Assembly: GCA_963616935.1 (NCBI GenBank)
Contig: CAVEMS010000005.1
Span: 50,110-114,109, forward strand
Direction: 5' to 3'
Length of the DNA: 64,000 nucleotides
DNA from: a bacterium
Lineage (GTDB): Bacteria > Bacillota_I > Bacilli_A > RFN20 > CAG-826
Part shown: positions 20,269-31,081 of the stretch, in pieces
Numbering within the stretch: position 1 is the first letter of the stretch
Layout: the number at the start of each line of letters is the position of its first letter
The notes under the pieces: generated by a model
What the model was told of the DNA's origin: nothing
The model's database searches: none
What the model saw: only the letters and a program-made list of their open reading frames with translations
Translations under genes and position numbers: made by a program

Positions 20269-21102
20269 TTACTTATCATTCTTACGACGCATTATTAAGC
20301 GCGTAGAATTCTTCTTAACGCGGCGGGTCTTAACACCCATCGCTTTCTTTCCCCAAGGTGTGCGTGGGGCATCGCGTCCGACAGGGCACTTACCTTCACC
20401 ACCACCGTGAGGGTGATCGCAAGGGTTCATGACGAAGCCACGGACAGTTGGACGAACGCCGAGGTGGCGTGTCTTTCCGGCTTTGCCGAGATTGACGAGG
20501 TTCCAATCTTCGTTACCGACTTGACCGATGGTCGCGCGGCAAACGGAGAGAACTTTACGAACTTCGCTCGAGGCCAAGCGGAGAATCGTGTAGGCGCCAT
20601 CCGAGCCAAGCACCTGAGCGCTTGTTCCGGCAGCACGGCACATTTGTCCGCCTTTCCCAGGTTGAAGTTCAACGTTATGGACGAAGGTTCCATCTGGGAT
20701 GTTGGAGAGAGGGCAGCTGTTGCCGATTTTGATATCGGTGACCTTGCCGCTGATGATCTTATCTCCGACATTGAGGTCTTTCGGACGGATGATGTAGCGC
20801 TTCTCGCCGTCGGCATAAGCCAACAATGCGATGAAGGCGGTACGGTTTGGATCGTATTCGATAGCCTTCACGGTCGCTGGGATGTCATCCTTGTTGCGAC
20901 GGAAGTCGATGATACGATAACGGTTTTTGTTGCCACCGCCGATGTGACGGCAGGTGATGACTCCTTGATTGTTACGCCCGCCGGTGTGTTTCTTCGGGGC
21001 GAGCAACGATTTTTCAGGAGTGGCTTTGGTGATTTCCGCATATGAGAGCGTTTGCATTTGGCGGCGGCTCTTCGTATACGGCTTGTAGGTTTTGATTGCC
21101 AT
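20269..21102 (-). CDS. rplB: 50S ribosomal protein L2
   Basis: 277 aa with GGRNN.G.IT.RH.GGG and the [13 protein letters not shown] motif. Confidence 0.93.
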   Translation of the reverse strand: MAIKTYKPYTKSRRQMQTLSYAEITKATPEKSLLAPKKHTGGRNNQGVITCRHIGGGNKNRYRIIDFRRNKDDIPATVKAIEYDPNRTAFIALLAYADGEKRYIIRPKDLNVGDKIISGKVTDIKIGNSCPLSNIPDGTFVHNVELQPGKGGQMCRAAGTSAQVLGSDGAYTILRLASSEVRKVLSVCRATIGQVGNEDWNLVNLGKAGKTRHLGVRPTVRGFVMNPCDHPHGGGEGKCPVGRDAPRTPWGKKAMGVKTRRVKKNSTRLIMRRKNDK

Positions 21103-21154
21103 TTCTTTTCTCCTATAGTGGATGCTTTATAAGCGATTGCTTATGAGTGTTTCC

Positions 21155-21571
21155 TTACTCCTTGAAGAGGTCGATCGCGCTATCTTTGGCGACGGCGATG
21201 ACCGCTTTCTTGAAGCCACTCACGTGGCCTTTGTAACGTCCGCCGCGAGATTTGCTCTTCGGAAGGACATTGACAACCTTGATGTCGGTGACGGCAACTT
21301 GGAAGAGGCGTTGGAAGCTCTCTTTGATTTCCGTCTTGTTGGCGTTAGCGGCGACCTTCATCGTAACCTTATTATTATTTTGAAGGAGAGCCATGCTCTT
21401 CTCGGTGATGAGAGGTTCGAGGATGACTTCGTAGTCGTGCTTGGTCGGCTTGGCGAAGGTTTTCGCTTTCGCTTCCACGACTTCCGCTTTCGCAGTTTCT
21501 TTCTTGGCGGCCTTCTTAGCCTTCGGCGCCTTCTTTTCTTCGGCGACCGCTTCTTTGATTTCTTCTGCCAT
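21155..21571 (-). CDS. rplW: 50S ribosomal protein L23 with Lys/Ala/Glu-rich N-terminal extension
   Basis: The core starts at about residue 46 (YEVILEPLITEKS). It is preceded by a roughly 44-aa charged extension. Confidence 0.88.
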   Translation of the reverse strand: MAEEIKEAVAEEKKAPKAKKAAKKETAKAEVVEAKAKTFAKPTKHDYEVILEPLITEKSMALLQNNNKVTMKVAANANKTEIKESFQRLFQVAVTDIKVVNVLPKSKSRGGRYKGHVSGFKKAVIAVAKDSAIDLFKE

Positions 21572-22203
21572 TATTTGAGGCCTCCTTCAAGGGCTTTGAT
21601 GTCATCTTTGCTGATGACGACAAAGTTGTTATCGAGGACATCGTAGACGCTCACGTTATTGACGGCGTGGACGGTGACCTTATCAATGTTTCTCGCGCTC
21701 TTGATGAGATTCGCATCGCTGCCGACGACAAGGATCTTGCCAGTGGCTTTGATGGCGCCTAGGTCAGCGGCGAATGCCTTGGTGCTGACTTCGGCGATTG
21801 TGAGGTTATCGACGACGATGATGCCATCTTTAGCCTTTTGCGAGAGAACGGTTTTGAGGGCTAAGGCGTGGGCTTTCTTGTTTTGGCTAACCTTGTAGTT
21901 TTGGTTGCCGTCAGGTCCGAAGACCTTGCCGCCGCCGACCCAGATAGGACTACGGGAGCTTCCCGCACGGGCGCGCCCAGTTCCTTTTTGTCTCCATGGC
22001 TTTTTGCCACCACCGCTCACTTCGTGACGTTTCTTCGTTTTCGCCGTGGCTTGACGGAGATTCGATAGATAGGTGACAACAGCATCATGAACGACTTGTT
22101 CATTGGCTTCGGTGATTCCGAAGACGGAAGCGTCTAATTTGACGTCTCCAACTTTTTCGCCAGCGAGATTAACGACCGGCAGAACGATATTTTTCTCAGC
22201 CAT
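21571..22203 (-). CDS. rplD: 50S ribosomal protein L4
   Basis: 210 aa with the [19 protein letters not shown] motif. Confidence 0.92.
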   Translation of the reverse strand: MAEKNIVLPVVNLAGEKVGDVKLDASVFGITEANEQVVHDAVVTYLSNLRQATAKTKKRHEVSGGGKKPWRQKGTGRARAGSSRSPIWVGGGKVFGPDGNQNYKVSQNKKAHALALKTVLSQKAKDGIIVVDNLTIAEVSTKAFAADLGAIKATGKILVVGSDANLIKSARNIDKVTVHAVNNVSVYDVLDNNFVVISKDDIKALEGGLK

Positions 22204-22205
22204 TG

Positions 22206-22886
22206 TTATTCTCCTTTCTTGGCGACGTGTAGAGGCTTAACCTCTGGTTTGCCGAATTGGGCTTTGATTGCGCTGCGGATCATGACGATTCCCTTCTTCG
22301 TTCCAGGAACGCCACCTTTAATAAGGATATAGCCTTTTTCCGCATTCGATTCGATAACGGTTAGGTTAAGGATCGTGGATTGTTCCGGTCCCCAATGGCC
22401 GGACATGGTCTTGCCTGGGATAACGCGGTTGTTATCACGGCCGTTGTTGGCAAGAGAACCGATTTGACGATGGTAACCAGAACCATGGGCTTTCGGACCA
22501 ATGTGATTGTGATATCTCTTGATGGTGCCGGTGTAGCCGTGGCCTTTGGTCGTGCCGATGACATCGACGACGTCGCCGGCTTGGAACATATCGCAGGTGA
22601 GGGTTTCGCCCACGTTCTTGCCATAGATCTCGTCTCCTTTGAGCTCATAGAGATGGGCTTTCGGAGCAACGCCAGCTTTTTGGAACCTGGCGAGTTCGCA
22701 TTTGTTTAAGCGGGATTCCTTGATGTCTTCATAACCGATTTGAAGGGCTTCATAACCGTCCTTGTCCATGGTTTTCTTTTGGATGACGGTGTTTGGAAGG
22801 ACTTCGATTACGGTAACCGGGTACATCGTGCCGTCAGCGGCGAAGACTTCAGTCATGCCCATTTTTCTTCCGATGATGGATTTCAT
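22206..22886 (-). CDS. rplC: 50S ribosomal protein L3
   Basis: Starts with GRKMGMTEVF and contains the TKGHGYTGTIKR motif. Confidence 0.92.
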   Translation of the reverse strand: MKSIIGRKMGMTEVFAADGTMYPVTVIEVLPNTVIQKKTMDKDGYEALQIGYEDIKESRLNKCELARFQKAGVAPKAHLYELKGDEIYGKNVGETLTCDMFQAGDVVDVIGTTKGHGYTGTIKRYHNHIGPKAHGSGYHRQIGSLANNGRDNNRVIPGKTMSGHWGPEQSTILNLTVIESNAEKGYILIKGGVPGTKKGIVMIRSAIKAQFGKPEVKPLHVAKKGE

Positions 22887-22901
22887 GATGGATTCTCCTT
22901 A

Positions 22902-23216
22902 TTACTTCGTGGTGACATCGATTTCTACGCCACTTGGAAGGTCAAGCTTGCGAATGGCTTCGACCGTCTCCTTCGTCGGGTTGGTGATGTCAAGCAATCT
23001 CTTGTGCGTGCGAATTTCGAATTGTTCGCGGCTGTCCTTGTACTTGAAGGTGGCGCGCAAGATCGTATAAACCTGTTTCTCGGTTGGGAGAGGGACAGGG
23101 CCAATGACGCCAGCATTGGTCTTTTTGGCTACGTCAATGATCTTTTCGACGGTGAGGTCGAGGATCTTATGGTCGTAGGCCTGCAAACGAATACGCAGGA
23201 CTTGTTGTTTCGCCAT
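22902..23216 (-). CDS. rpsJ: 30S ribosomal protein S10
   Basis: Matches [13 protein letters not shown]...[13 protein letters not shown]. First gene of the S10 operon. Confidence 0.93.
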   Translation of the reverse strand: MAKQQVLRIRLQAYDHKILDLTVEKIIDVAKKTNAGVIGPVPLPTEKQVYTILRATFKYKDSREQFEIRTHKRLLDITNPTKETVEAIRKLDLPSGVEIDVTTK

Positions 23217-23352
23217 GAATTTTCCTCCTTTAGATTTCTTCAGGCTGCATGTCGCTAGCTCTGTGCGAGTTCCCTGACTAAGCCAGGATGCATAGCAACG
23301 CTTCTCGGCGTGTCAGCAACATCGCACTTCCACACTTGCGCCAGCGTTGAAA

Positions 23353-23381
23353 AATATACCCCCATGCGCGAGACTCGTCAA
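23353..23381 (-). promoter_or_regulatory. Sigma-A type promoter of the S10 operon (TTGACG-17-TATATT)
   Basis: The reverse strand reads TTGACG (23381-23376), an exact 17-nt spacer, then TATATT (23358-23353). An A/T-rich UP-like tract lies upstream. The implied leader before rpsJ is about 125 nt. Confidence 0.7.
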
Positions 23382-23481
23382 CACTTTTTTGACATAAAAA
23401 TTTCGATGAGATGTAGCGTTTTTGAAAAAAGTAGCATTTAGCGCATTTTTTGCGTTTTTCGATGTGAAAAAATGCAAAATC

Positions 23482-23500
23482 TTTGTGCACAGTGCACAAA
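23482..23500 (-). terminator. Palindrome TTGTGCAC-N-GTGCACAA; possible queH terminator or operator
   Basis: On the minus strand this forms a 7-bp stem with a triloop, followed by a U-rich tract (AGAUUUUGCAUUUUUU). It starts 8 nt after the queH stop. Confidence 0.4.
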
Positions 23501-23507
23501 AATCACT

Positions 23508-24206
23508 TTATTTTTCTATTGATTTCTTATTTTCAAAAGAGTCTTTTTCGGATGCTTTTTCGACTCTTTCGAGCATCTCTTTGTAGCTATAAACGCAACC
23601 GCAGTAATTCTGATTGTAGAGGCCGTATTTGAGACGTATTTCCCTGCCCTTTAAAGCGCCGTCCTTCTTTTTGAAATCGCTATAGAAATAACGGCAATCA
23701 GGGTGTTTTTTCTCTAATTTCTCCCCTATCTGATTCAAGATTTGGCTGTTCTTTTGTCTCGATATCGTCATCACCGTCGTAAAGAAATCGAAATGATTCT
23801 TCTCGGCGTAATCGTAGGCCTCGGACATCCTTTTTTCGTAGCAAAAGAGACAACGGGGACCGCCTTCCTTACTTTCGCTATAATGAGATAATTCGGAATT
23901 GTACTTTTCGTTATCGTATTCCGGAACGATAAGCTCGACGTCATAGCCATAATCGCGTTTTAGATCGTTAAGCAATTCCTTTAACGTGCCTAATCTCTTA
24001 TCGAATTCTGAGGCCGGATATATATTGCTATTGTTGTAATAGATCGTGACATCGAAATTTGGGCATAGATAGGTAAGAGGAAAGCAAGAGCATGGGCCGC
24101 AGCAAACATGCATCAGCAAAGTCGGTTTTTTCTCTTTGAAAATAGGTTCAGAAAGTATCTCTTCTCCTCTATCGAAATAGTTTATCTTTGGGCCATTAGT
24201 CGTCAT
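23508..24206 (-). CDS. queH: Epoxyqueuosine reductase QueH (DUF208 family)
   Basis: HVCCGPCS motif near the N-terminus and CGC near the C-terminus, typical of QueH. Follows queA. The start is uncertain: I chose the ATG at 24206, which overlaps the queA stop. The track ORF extends to 24293, inside queA. Confidence 0.75.
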   Translation of the reverse strand: MTTNGPKINYFDRGEEILSEPIFKEKKPTLLMHVCCGPCSCFPLTYLCPNFDVTIYYNNSNIYPASEFDKRLGTLKELLNDLKRDYGYDVELIVPEYDNEKYNSELSHYSESKEGGPRCLFCYEKRMSEAYDYAEKNHFDFFTTVMTISRQKNSQILNQIGEKLEKKHPDCRYFYSDFKKKDGALKGREIRLKYGLYNQNYCGCVYSYKEMLERVEKASEKDSFENKKSIEK

Positions 24207-25254
24207 TGGCTTTGGAATAATCGTATTTCCCATAAATGAACATCGCATCGCCGAAAGAGAAGAAACGATATTTCTCTTTAACGGCCTCTTCATAACACGA
24301 CAACGTGAATTTCCTTCCCATAAACGCCGAAACGAGCTCTACCAAGGTGCTTTTCGGCAAATGGAAATTGGTAACGATGGCATCGACCGCCCGATAAACA
24401 TAACCAGGCTCAATGAAAAGCCTAGTGGCTTCGTGGACCGCTTTAAAAGTGCCGTATTTGGCGTAGACGCTTTCGAGAGTTCTAACGGAAGTCGTTCCAA
24501 TCGCGATAATTCTTCTTCCTTCTTTTTTAGCTAGGTTCAGTCTATTCGCCGTCTCTTCGCTCATCTCATACGTCTCCGAGTGCATGACATGGTCTTTCGT
24601 GTCCTGCACTTTGACGGGACGGAAGGTGCCTAAACCGATATTAAGCGTCACATCAAGCACTTCGGCGCCTTTCTTTTTTATTTCCTCGAATAGCTCCTCC
24701 GTAAAATGGAAACCAGCCGTTGGAGCGGCGGCGCTGCCTGGTATTTTGGCGTAAACCGTCTGATATTCGTCGTTATTGGAACACTGTTTCTTAATGTATG
24801 GAGGCAAAGGCATCTTTCCTAGCGACTCAAGCACTTCCAAGAAAATCCCTTCATATGAGAAACGCATATCGCGAAGGCCCTCATCTTTGACTTTGACGCA
24901 TGTGGCGATAAGCCGATCATCGCCGAAAGAGCAATGGATTCCCTCTTTCACGCTACGAGCGTTTCCAACTAAGCATTCCCATGTGTCCTTATCTAGTTGC
25001 TTAAGCAATAAGAGCTCGACGGCCCCTCCCGTCTCCACCTTTTTGCCAATGAGCCTAGCGGGAATGACCTTCGTGTTGTTTCGAACCAAAACATCTCCTG
25101 GATGAATGTAATCGATGATGTCATGAAAAAGATGGGTCTCCCTCTTTTTGTGTTCCCTATCGACTACCATCAGCTTGCATTCGTCCCTCTTTTCCATCGG
25201 AGATTGGGCGATGAGTTCTTCTGGCAAATAATAATCAAAAAGCGAAATATCCAC
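24196..25254 (-). CDS. queA: S-adenosylmethionine:tRNA ribosyltransferase-isomerase
   Basis: The N-terminus (V)DISLFDYYLPEELIAQSP and the PLPPYI motif are QueA-typical. A GTG start at 25254 follows a GAGGGGG RBS, 1 nt after the tgt stop. The upstream part of the track ORF lies inside tgt. Confidence 0.88.
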   Translation of the reverse strand: MDISLFDYYLPEELIAQSPMEKRDECKLMVVDREHKKRETHLFHDIIDYIHPGDVLVRNNTKVIPARLIGKKVETGGAVELLLLKQLDKDTWECLVGNARSVKEGIHCSFGDDRLIATCVKVKDEGLRDMRFSYEGIFLEVLESLGKMPLPPYIKKQCSNNDEYQTVYAKIPGSAAAPTAGFHFTEELFEEIKKKGAEVLDVTLNIGLGTFRPVKVQDTKDHVMHSETYEMSEETANRLNLAKKEGRRIIAIGTTSVRTLESVYAKYGTFKAVHEATRLFIEPGYVYRAVDAIVTNFHLPKSTLVELVSAFMGRKFTLSCYEEAVKEKYRFFSFGDAMFIYGKYDYSKANDD

Positions 25255-25255
25255 G

Positions 25256-26401
<1,146 letters not shown>

Positions 26402-26412
26402 TTAATGGCATC

Positions 26413-26967
26413 TCAATAAAGAATGGAGGTATGTATATTCGGCTCTAGGAGCCTCCTAAAACCGGCATTTCGATATACGAGCATCCATAAAAGATAGCCG
26501 ACAATCATGACGACAAGTTCCCCTCCCGCCACCGACAAAGCGTTCTGCCAATATTCTGGGAAAGCGGGATATATCCAAGTCAACTCCGCACCGACTATAA
26601 GTCCGTTAAAAACAACCGGCCAAATCGCGGAAACGAATAGTCTAGGAGAGAGAAACACCATGAATATGCAACTTATTAATGTTGCCGAAGTGCCAATAAG
26701 CATATCCCAAAAAGAGAAACTGAAAGCGTTCGACACCAAGCAACCGACGGTCAATCCGATGATGAGATCCTTCCGCCAAAAGCATAGAAGTATCAAGACT
26801 TCGCTGAATCTAAACTGCACGGCCCCGAAACTTATGGGCTGCAAAATGAAAGTCAAAACGCAATATAAGGCGGCGATGATAGCGTTAAATGCCAACGATC
26901 TAATCGCTTTATGCGATGTATCTTTCGACTTTTTTGGGTTTTTTTCTTCTTTTTCGTCTATGGCCAT
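26413..26967 (-). CDS. queT: Queuosine-precursor transporter QueT (ECF S-component-like)
   Basis: 184-aa membrane protein with about 5 TM helices, directly behind a preQ1-I riboswitch and 23 nt upstream of tgt. Confidence 0.78.
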   Translation of the reverse strand: MAIDEKEEKNPKKSKDTSHKAIRSLAFNAIIAALYCVLTFILQPISFGAVQFRFSEVLILLCFWRKDLIIGLTVGCLVSNAFSFSFWDMLIGTSATLISCIFMVFLSPRLFVSAIWPVVFNGLIVGAELTWIYPAFPEYWQNALSVAGGELVVMIVGYLLWMLVYRNAGFRRLLEPNIHTSILY

Positions 26968-26971
26968 AAGA

Positions 26972-27013
26972 GGCCTCCTTGTTTTTTATACGTGGTTCAG
27001 AGGAAGAACACGT
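26972..27013 (-). promoter_or_regulatory. preQ1-I riboswitch
   Basis: The minus-strand RNA is ACGUG-UUCUUCCUCUGAAC-CACGU-AUAAAAAACAAGGAGG. It has a 5-bp P1 stem, a GUUCU start to the loop and an AUAAAAAAC tail, as I recall them from the B. subtilis queC aptamer. The 3' AGGAGG (the SD, 6 nt before the ATG) can pair with the loop CCUCU to form the pseudoknot. Confidence 0.8.
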
Positions 27014-27177
27014 TGGTAATGAAAGATAATATGTAAACGGGCAAAAGAAAAGAAAAATCTATGACACATTGGCGTTAATGAGCCAACAAAGCATTGAAAG
27101 CGCTTAATCACGCGATTTTTTCTTTTTCTTAAAAAAGAACTAAACAAGCGGCGTTCATATCGGTAAGATAAGAGGCG

Positions 27178-27684
27178 ATGAAGACATTTATCCTTTTAAG
27201 CGCCATCCCTGGAAGCGGAAAGAGCACCTGGGCAAGAAAATACCAAGAACTCCATCCGAATACCCACATCGTCTCAAGTGATGAGATACGCTTAACCCTT
27301 TGGGGAAAGCCCAATGACTTCCGTGATGAGAAGAAAGTCTGGGACACCTTCCTAGAGACGATTAACGACTATGCCGCGAAAGAAGAACAAGTTACGGTCA
27401 TCGCCGATGCAACGAACCTCCAAAACAAATACCGCGAGATGTATTTCAAAGCGACCCCTTCTTTCGATCGCCATGTCTTAGTCCTCTTCAAGATTCCTTT
27501 CGAAGTCTGCCAAATGCAAAACAAAATGAGGGCGAAGGATCGCATCGTTCCTGACGCCGCGATGGAAAAACTAAAGGCCGAATACGAAGACCCAAGCGAT
27601 GAGATAATCGCGATGTACGACGAATTCATCGAAATACACGATTTCATGAGCGATAAGGCGAAAAAAATCGAAAAATCGCTTTAA
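27178..27684 (+). CDS. P-loop kinase/ATPase (AAA_33 / polynucleotide-kinase-like)
   Basis: Walker A motif IPGSGKST at the N-terminus. 168 aa, and the spacing of the SSD and D..N motifs is kinase-like. Confidence 0.6.
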   Translation: MKTFILLSAIPGSGKSTWARKYQELHPNTHIVSSDEIRLTLWGKPNDFRDEKKVWDTFLETINDYAAKEEQVTVIADATNLQNKYREMYFKATPSFDRHVLVLFKIPFEVCQMQNKMRAKDRIVPDAAMEKLKAEYEDPSDEIIAMYDEFIEIHDFMSDKAKKIEKSL

Positions 27685-27737
27685 AACTCCATTGGAATTA
27701 CAATAGAACAACATTTTCAATAAAAGGAGAAAAGAAA

Positions 27738-28298
27738 ATGATTAAGAAATTGTTTAGATTCATCTTTGGCATCCTCGCTTTGGCGGGAGCTGGACTAGCC
27801 ATCTACATGATGATGAATCCTTTGCTCACTTCGACGTTTGAAAAGTCGAGCATCGGAACTTCCTACACCCTTTTCGTAAGCGGCTTTGCTTTGGCGTTCG
27901 GTGGCAAAGCGACGGCCGAATACATAATATTGAACGGAGACATAAACAAGGTCGAAGACGCTGGCGCAATCGAAGCGCATACGGCCGCGCTTATCTTATT
28001 TATTATATTAGTGGTCGCTGCCGCTTTAACGCTTGGGCTCTTCCTCTTCTCTTTCGCCAAAGGCGGTAAGGGCGCCAAACGAGGCTTGGGATTCCTTTGC
28101 TTCTTGGCATTTATAGGTGCCGCCGTTCTCTTCTTCTTAAGCAAGCAATTATATGTGGACGTCGCCGAATTCACGATTCTAGGCAACACCGTCAACTTCA
28201 GTGATAACATGACGCTCGCAAATGGAGCGATAATCGGCGGCATTTCAAGCGCCGTAGCGGGTGTCGCTATCGCGATTTCATCTTTATTATCAGATTAA
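27738..28298 (+). CDS. Membrane protein, function unknown
   Basis: 186 aa with about 5 hydrophobic helices. RBS AAAGGAGA lies upstream. Confidence 0.5.
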   Translation: MIKKLFRFIFGILALAGAGLAIYMMMNPLLTSTFEKSSIGTSYTLFVSGFALAFGGKATAEYIILNGDINKVEDAGAIEAHTAALILFIILVVAAALTLGLFLFSFAKGGKGAKRGLGFLCFLAFIGAAVLFFLSKQLYVDVAEFTILGNTVNFSDNMTLANGAIIGGISSAVAGVAIAISSLLSD

Positions 28299-28318
28299 AA
28301 ACGCTTCTTAAGAATATG

Positions 28319-28360
28319 AAAAAACCGCCGTCGGCAACTTCGTCGATGGCGGTCATTTTT
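28319..28360. terminator. Bidirectional rho-independent terminator
   Basis: AAAAAA-CCGCCGTCG-loop-CGATGGCGG-TCATTTTT, a 9-bp stem including one G-U pair. Lies between convergent genes ending at 28298 (+) and 28363 (-). Confidence 0.65.
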
Positions 28361-28362
28361 AA

Positions 28363-29307
28363 CTATTTCGTAACGGCTTTCTTTTCTCTGGAAGCGTTCC
28401 AAATGAGATAGCAAGCGGCGGCGAGCATCGCAACGCCCACCACAATGCACATGACTGGGAAGCCATAACCGAACTTGGTTTGCTCGGTGACGAAACCTTG
28501 GATCGGCGAACCGATCAAGTTGAAGTGAACGGCCTTATCGTAATAGACCATATCTAAGGCGCCATAGATGATTAATCCCGCCCCAAGGCCGAAAGAGGCA
28601 CCGGAAGTAAGATATCCAGCCATGGACGTTTTGCCTTTCTTGATCGCCAAAACGGCCAACAAGCTAAGCACGAAAGCGACGATATTTTGGCCAAGCAAGG
28701 TAAGAAGCATATAGACGGTCGGCATCTTCGCCGAATAGGTTTCCTTAAGCGTCAAAACGAGTCCGAGGCCGACTTCAATAATCATAAAGCCGGTGAAGAC
28801 AACGGCGCCGATCAGCAAGAAGCCGATCAATTGTTTCTGATCTTTCGCATCATATAGCTTAACCATCGGGATGTTGGTGGCGATAAGCATCAAGATAGCG
28901 AAGAGAAGAGCCATAACGACGGCGAAAGCCATATTCGTGCCATTGGCCGTGACGTCAAACAAAAGAACACCATGGAGCAACAAAGCAAGGCTGATGATCC
29001 AGCCTTCGACGATGAAGATCGTCAAGCTCTTAACGACTGGGGCGTCATCATTCGGGCGAGACAAGCCGAGCCAAGCTTGATAAGCGCCATAACCACTCAA
29101 AACGAAATAGGTGAACCCAATAACGGCGAATTCCAGATATAGGAAATACGGGGCATCGAATAGCGATTCCCTCCATTCCATGATTCCAGACGTGAAGAAT
29201 TGGGGAACGACGAACGCTCCGAAATACATTCCTAAAGCGCCAAAAGCCAAGAAAATGATGGTATGGAATAGGAAGCTTAGGACTCTTGATGTGCTTTGAT
29301 ATTTCAT
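28363..29307 (-). CDS. Polytopic membrane protein, function unknown
   Basis: About 9 TM helices. Start set at MKYQST (ATG at 29307, AAAGGG RBS) rather than the track start at 29364. Confidence 0.5.
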   Translation of the reverse strand: MKYQSTSRVLSFLFHTIIFLAFGALGMYFGAFVVPQFFTSGIMEWRESLFDAPYFLYLEFAVIGFTYFVLSGYGAYQAWLGLSRPNDDAPVVKSLTIFIVEGWIISLALLLHGVLLFDVTANGTNMAFAVVMALLFAILMLIATNIPMVKLYDAKDQKQLIGFLLIGAVVFTGFMIIEVGLGLVLTLKETYSAKMPTVYMLLTLLGQNIVAFVLSLLAVLAIKKGKTSMAGYLTSGASFGLGAGLIIYGALDMVYYDKAVHFNLIGSPIQGFVTEQTKFGYGFPVMCIVVGVAMLAAACYLIWNASREKKAVTK

Positions 29308-29521
29308 ATTAGCAACCCTTTCTAACAATGCGGCCATAGTAACGAAAAACCGACATAGCCCCACTATTTAAGTCTATCTTAAATAGATAGTCAATTCATA
29401 AAATTAAACGAAGCGAAAGAATGCGAATTCTATTTTTGTTTTCATTTTCTTCGCCAAAGCGGAAATGAATCTTAGAACGAAATATCCTTCGTAGCCAAAA
29501 GCTAGAAAGCCATTATGAAAA

Positions 29522-31081
29522 TCATTCTTCCAGTATTTTAAGCGCGATTGCCACGCCATCGGCCGCCGATGTCGTGATTCCGCCAGCGTATGAAGCCCCT
29601 TCTCCTATCGGATATAACCCATGAATATTGCTCATGCCGTTTTCGTCTCTTGGTATTCTGACGGGCGAAGAGCTTCTTGTTTCAATGCCGGTCAAAATCG
29701 CATCGCCAAAACGATAAAACGACTGCGTTTTGCGGAGATTTTCAATTCCTTCACGCAAAGAATCGATAACAAAAGACGGTAAACATTCATCAAAAGAAGA
29801 AAAATAGATTCCAGGTTTATATGTAGGCGACAAAGAGCCAAATGAACTGCTTTCGGCACCTTTTAAGAAGTCACTTAGGCAAGAGGCTGGGGCAAAATAA
29901 GGCTTATCCTTTCGATACGCCTTCGCCTCATAGAATTCACGATAACGATATCCGTCCAAAGGATCGCCTTTGAAGTAATCGTCCACTTTTAAGTTTACCA
30001 ATATGGCCGCATTGCCGTTCGTTAGATTCCTCGCCCTTTTGCTCATGCCATTGGTGACGATCGTCCCTTCTTCGCAAGAAGAGTTAACAACCTCCCCGCC
30101 CGGGCACATACAAAAAGAATAGACAGATCGCCCATTACGCAAATGAGCGACGGACTTAAACGATGACGGTGGCAAGGCGACTTTGCCATAGAATTCATGA
30201 TAATTGGCACGATCTATGCTTTCTTGTGGGAATTCTACCCTTAGCCCGATTGAGAAATCCTTTGGAATGAATTTGAGGCCTCTACGCTCTAACATCAATG
30301 CGGTGTCAAAAGGACTATGCCCATAGGCCAATAAACACGTTTCAGTGAAAAGCGGATGCCTATTATGTGCCCCATCCTCATAATAGACGTCCAAACCATT
30401 TTTCTTTTCGACTATGTCGACGAGTTTCGACGAGAACAAGATGTCTGCTCCAAGAGATAATAGTTCATCGCGGAATGAACGCATGACGCCAGGCAGCAAA
30501 TCGCTTCCTATATGAGGATTCGCATCGATCAATATGTCTTTGGGCGCGCCATGCTTGACGAATTCTTCCAAAACAAAACGCATATAAGGGCTTTTGACTC
30601 CGGTATGGAGTTTCCCATCGCTAAAAGTCCCTGCCCCTCCTTCGCCATAGCAGACGTTGCTTTCTGGATTTAATATCCCTTTATCTTTTAGTAGCTCTAT
30701 GTCGCAAGCCCTATCGTCGACGTTTTTGCCACGTTCTAAGATTATTGGCTTATTGCCGGATCTCGCCAAAATGAGCGAAGCCAATAGACCGCTTGGGCCT
30801 AAGCCAACCACCACTGGGCGATATGCGAGTTTTTTGGAAGGGATCAAGACGGGTTCAACCGGCAAATAGGCCACTATGTCTTTACCGGCGATCTCTTTCT
30901 GCGTGTCAACTATCGCACGATATACGAAATTGCCTTCGTCTCGCCTAGCATCGATTGAGCGGCGATATATCTCGTAGGCGAAGGATTTCGGCGATAAGCC
31001 TATTTTCCTAGCTATAGCGGTCGTTAGATTATCTTCCGAAAGGTTTAACGGAAGTTTGATATTCGAAACTATGTATTTCAT
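29522..31081 (-). CDS. FAD-dependent protein (COG2509-like NAD(FAD)-utilising dehydrogenase)
   Basis: 519 aa. Dinucleotide-binding motif VVGLGPSGLLASL after a roughly 85-aa N-terminal domain, and a C-terminal PIGEGASYAGGI motif. Confidence 0.65.
   Translation of the reverse strand: MKYIVSNIKLPLNLSEDNLTTAIARKIGLSPKSFAYEIYRRSIDARRDEGNFVYRAIVDTQKEIAGKDIVAYLPVEPVLIPSKKLAYRPVVVGLGPSGLLASLILARSGNKPIILERGKNVDDRACDIELLKDKGILNPESNVCYGEGGAGTFSDGKLHTGVKSPYMRFVLEEFVKHGAPKDILIDANPHIGSDLLPGVMRSFRDELLSLGADILFSSKLVDIVEKKNGLDVYYEDGAHNRHPLFTETCLLAYGHSPFDTALMLERRGLKFIPKDFSIGLRVEFPQESIDRANYHEFYGKVALPPSSFKSVAHLRNGRSVYSFCMCPGGEVVNSSCEEGTIVTNGMSKRARNLTNGNAAILVNLKVDDYFKGDPLDGYRYREFYEAKAYRKDKPYFAPASCLSDFLKGAESSSFGSLSPTYKPGIYFSSFDECLPSFVIDSLREGIENLRKTQSFYRFGDAILTGIETRSSSPVRIPRDENGMSNIHGLYPIGEGASYAGGITTSAADGVAIALKILEE

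Noticed and set aside
23278-23499. 73-aa minus-strand ORF in the region upstream of rpsJ.
   Set aside because: It spans the S10 promoter and leader, has no RBS, and its Cys/Phe/Lys-rich translation looks random.
29364-29386. Perfect 9-bp inverted repeat CTATTTAAG-5 nt-CTTAAATAG upstream of the 28363..29307 membrane protein gene.
   Set aside because: It is a very AT-rich, weak hairpin with no U-tract on the relevant strand. It could be an operator, but nothing else supports that.
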